DNA of 19,272 nucleotides from a virus (Duplodnaviria; Heunggongvirae; Uroviricota; Caudoviricetes): IMG/VR virus record IMGVR_UViG_2541047431_000016; one strand, 5' to 3'. Shown piece by piece: positions 19,150 to 19,272 of this stretch (position 1 is its first letter; each line of letters starts with the position of its first letter). The notes under the pieces were generated by a model. It saw only the letters and a program-made list of their open reading frames with translations, ran no database searches and was not told where the DNA came from. The position numbers and the translations under genes were made by a program.

Positions 19150-19272
19150 TGCCACTGCTGGATAAGCTGCGTGAGCAGTACGGGGTCGGACCGGTATGCA
19201 GCGAACTGCATATTGCCCCGTCAACGTATTACCATTGTCAGCAACAGCGACATCATCCGGATAAACGCAGTG
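19146..19272 (+). CDS. IS629-like transposase OrfB, N-terminal fragment
   Basis: ATGATG overlaps the orfA stop (A AAA AAT GA context); [42 protein letters not shown]...; runs off the window. Confidence 0.75.

Larger units (their letters stand above)
18770..19272 (+). mobile_element. IS3-family insertion sequence, IS629-like, left end (continues beyond window)
   Basis: Terminal inverted repeat TGAACCGCCCCGGAAATCCTGGAG... begins at 18770; orfA and overlapping orfB follow in the -1 frameshift arrangement. Confidence 0.85.

Overview
The window is the late region of a lambda-like (lambdoid) prophage, read almost entirely on the minus strand, and it looks defective. From right to left it carries: the left end of an IS3-family (IS629-like) element; a tR'-like terminator; a lysis cassette (holin S, a YdfR-like ORF, SAR endolysin R, two small membrane ORFs, Rz/Rz1); an AT-rich moron with a PerC-like regulator and a small ribbon-helix-helix (DUF3950-like) gene; a lambda-type cos site (cosN GGGCGGCGACCT with non-lambda cosB repeats); then Nu1, A, W, B, C, D, a truncated E fused to a 5'-truncated V, G-T, H, M, L, K, I, a 342-bp insert, and the N-terminal 561 codons of J running off the window start. 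Several inactivating lesions are visible directly in the sequence: IS insertion upstream of the late operon, frameshifts in holin S, terminase A and tail tube V, an E-to-V deletion removing the rest of the head and head-tail joining genes, and G and T fused into one frame. Four lesions are single-base indels, so assembly error must be excluded before calling them biological. No complete novel multi-gene system is evident; the most promising unexplained loci are the I-J intergenic insert (promoter plus two terminators, candidate small RNA) and the two small membrane ORFs between R and Rz. All homology calls are from recalled lambda, DLP12/Qin and IS629 protein sequences, not from a database search.
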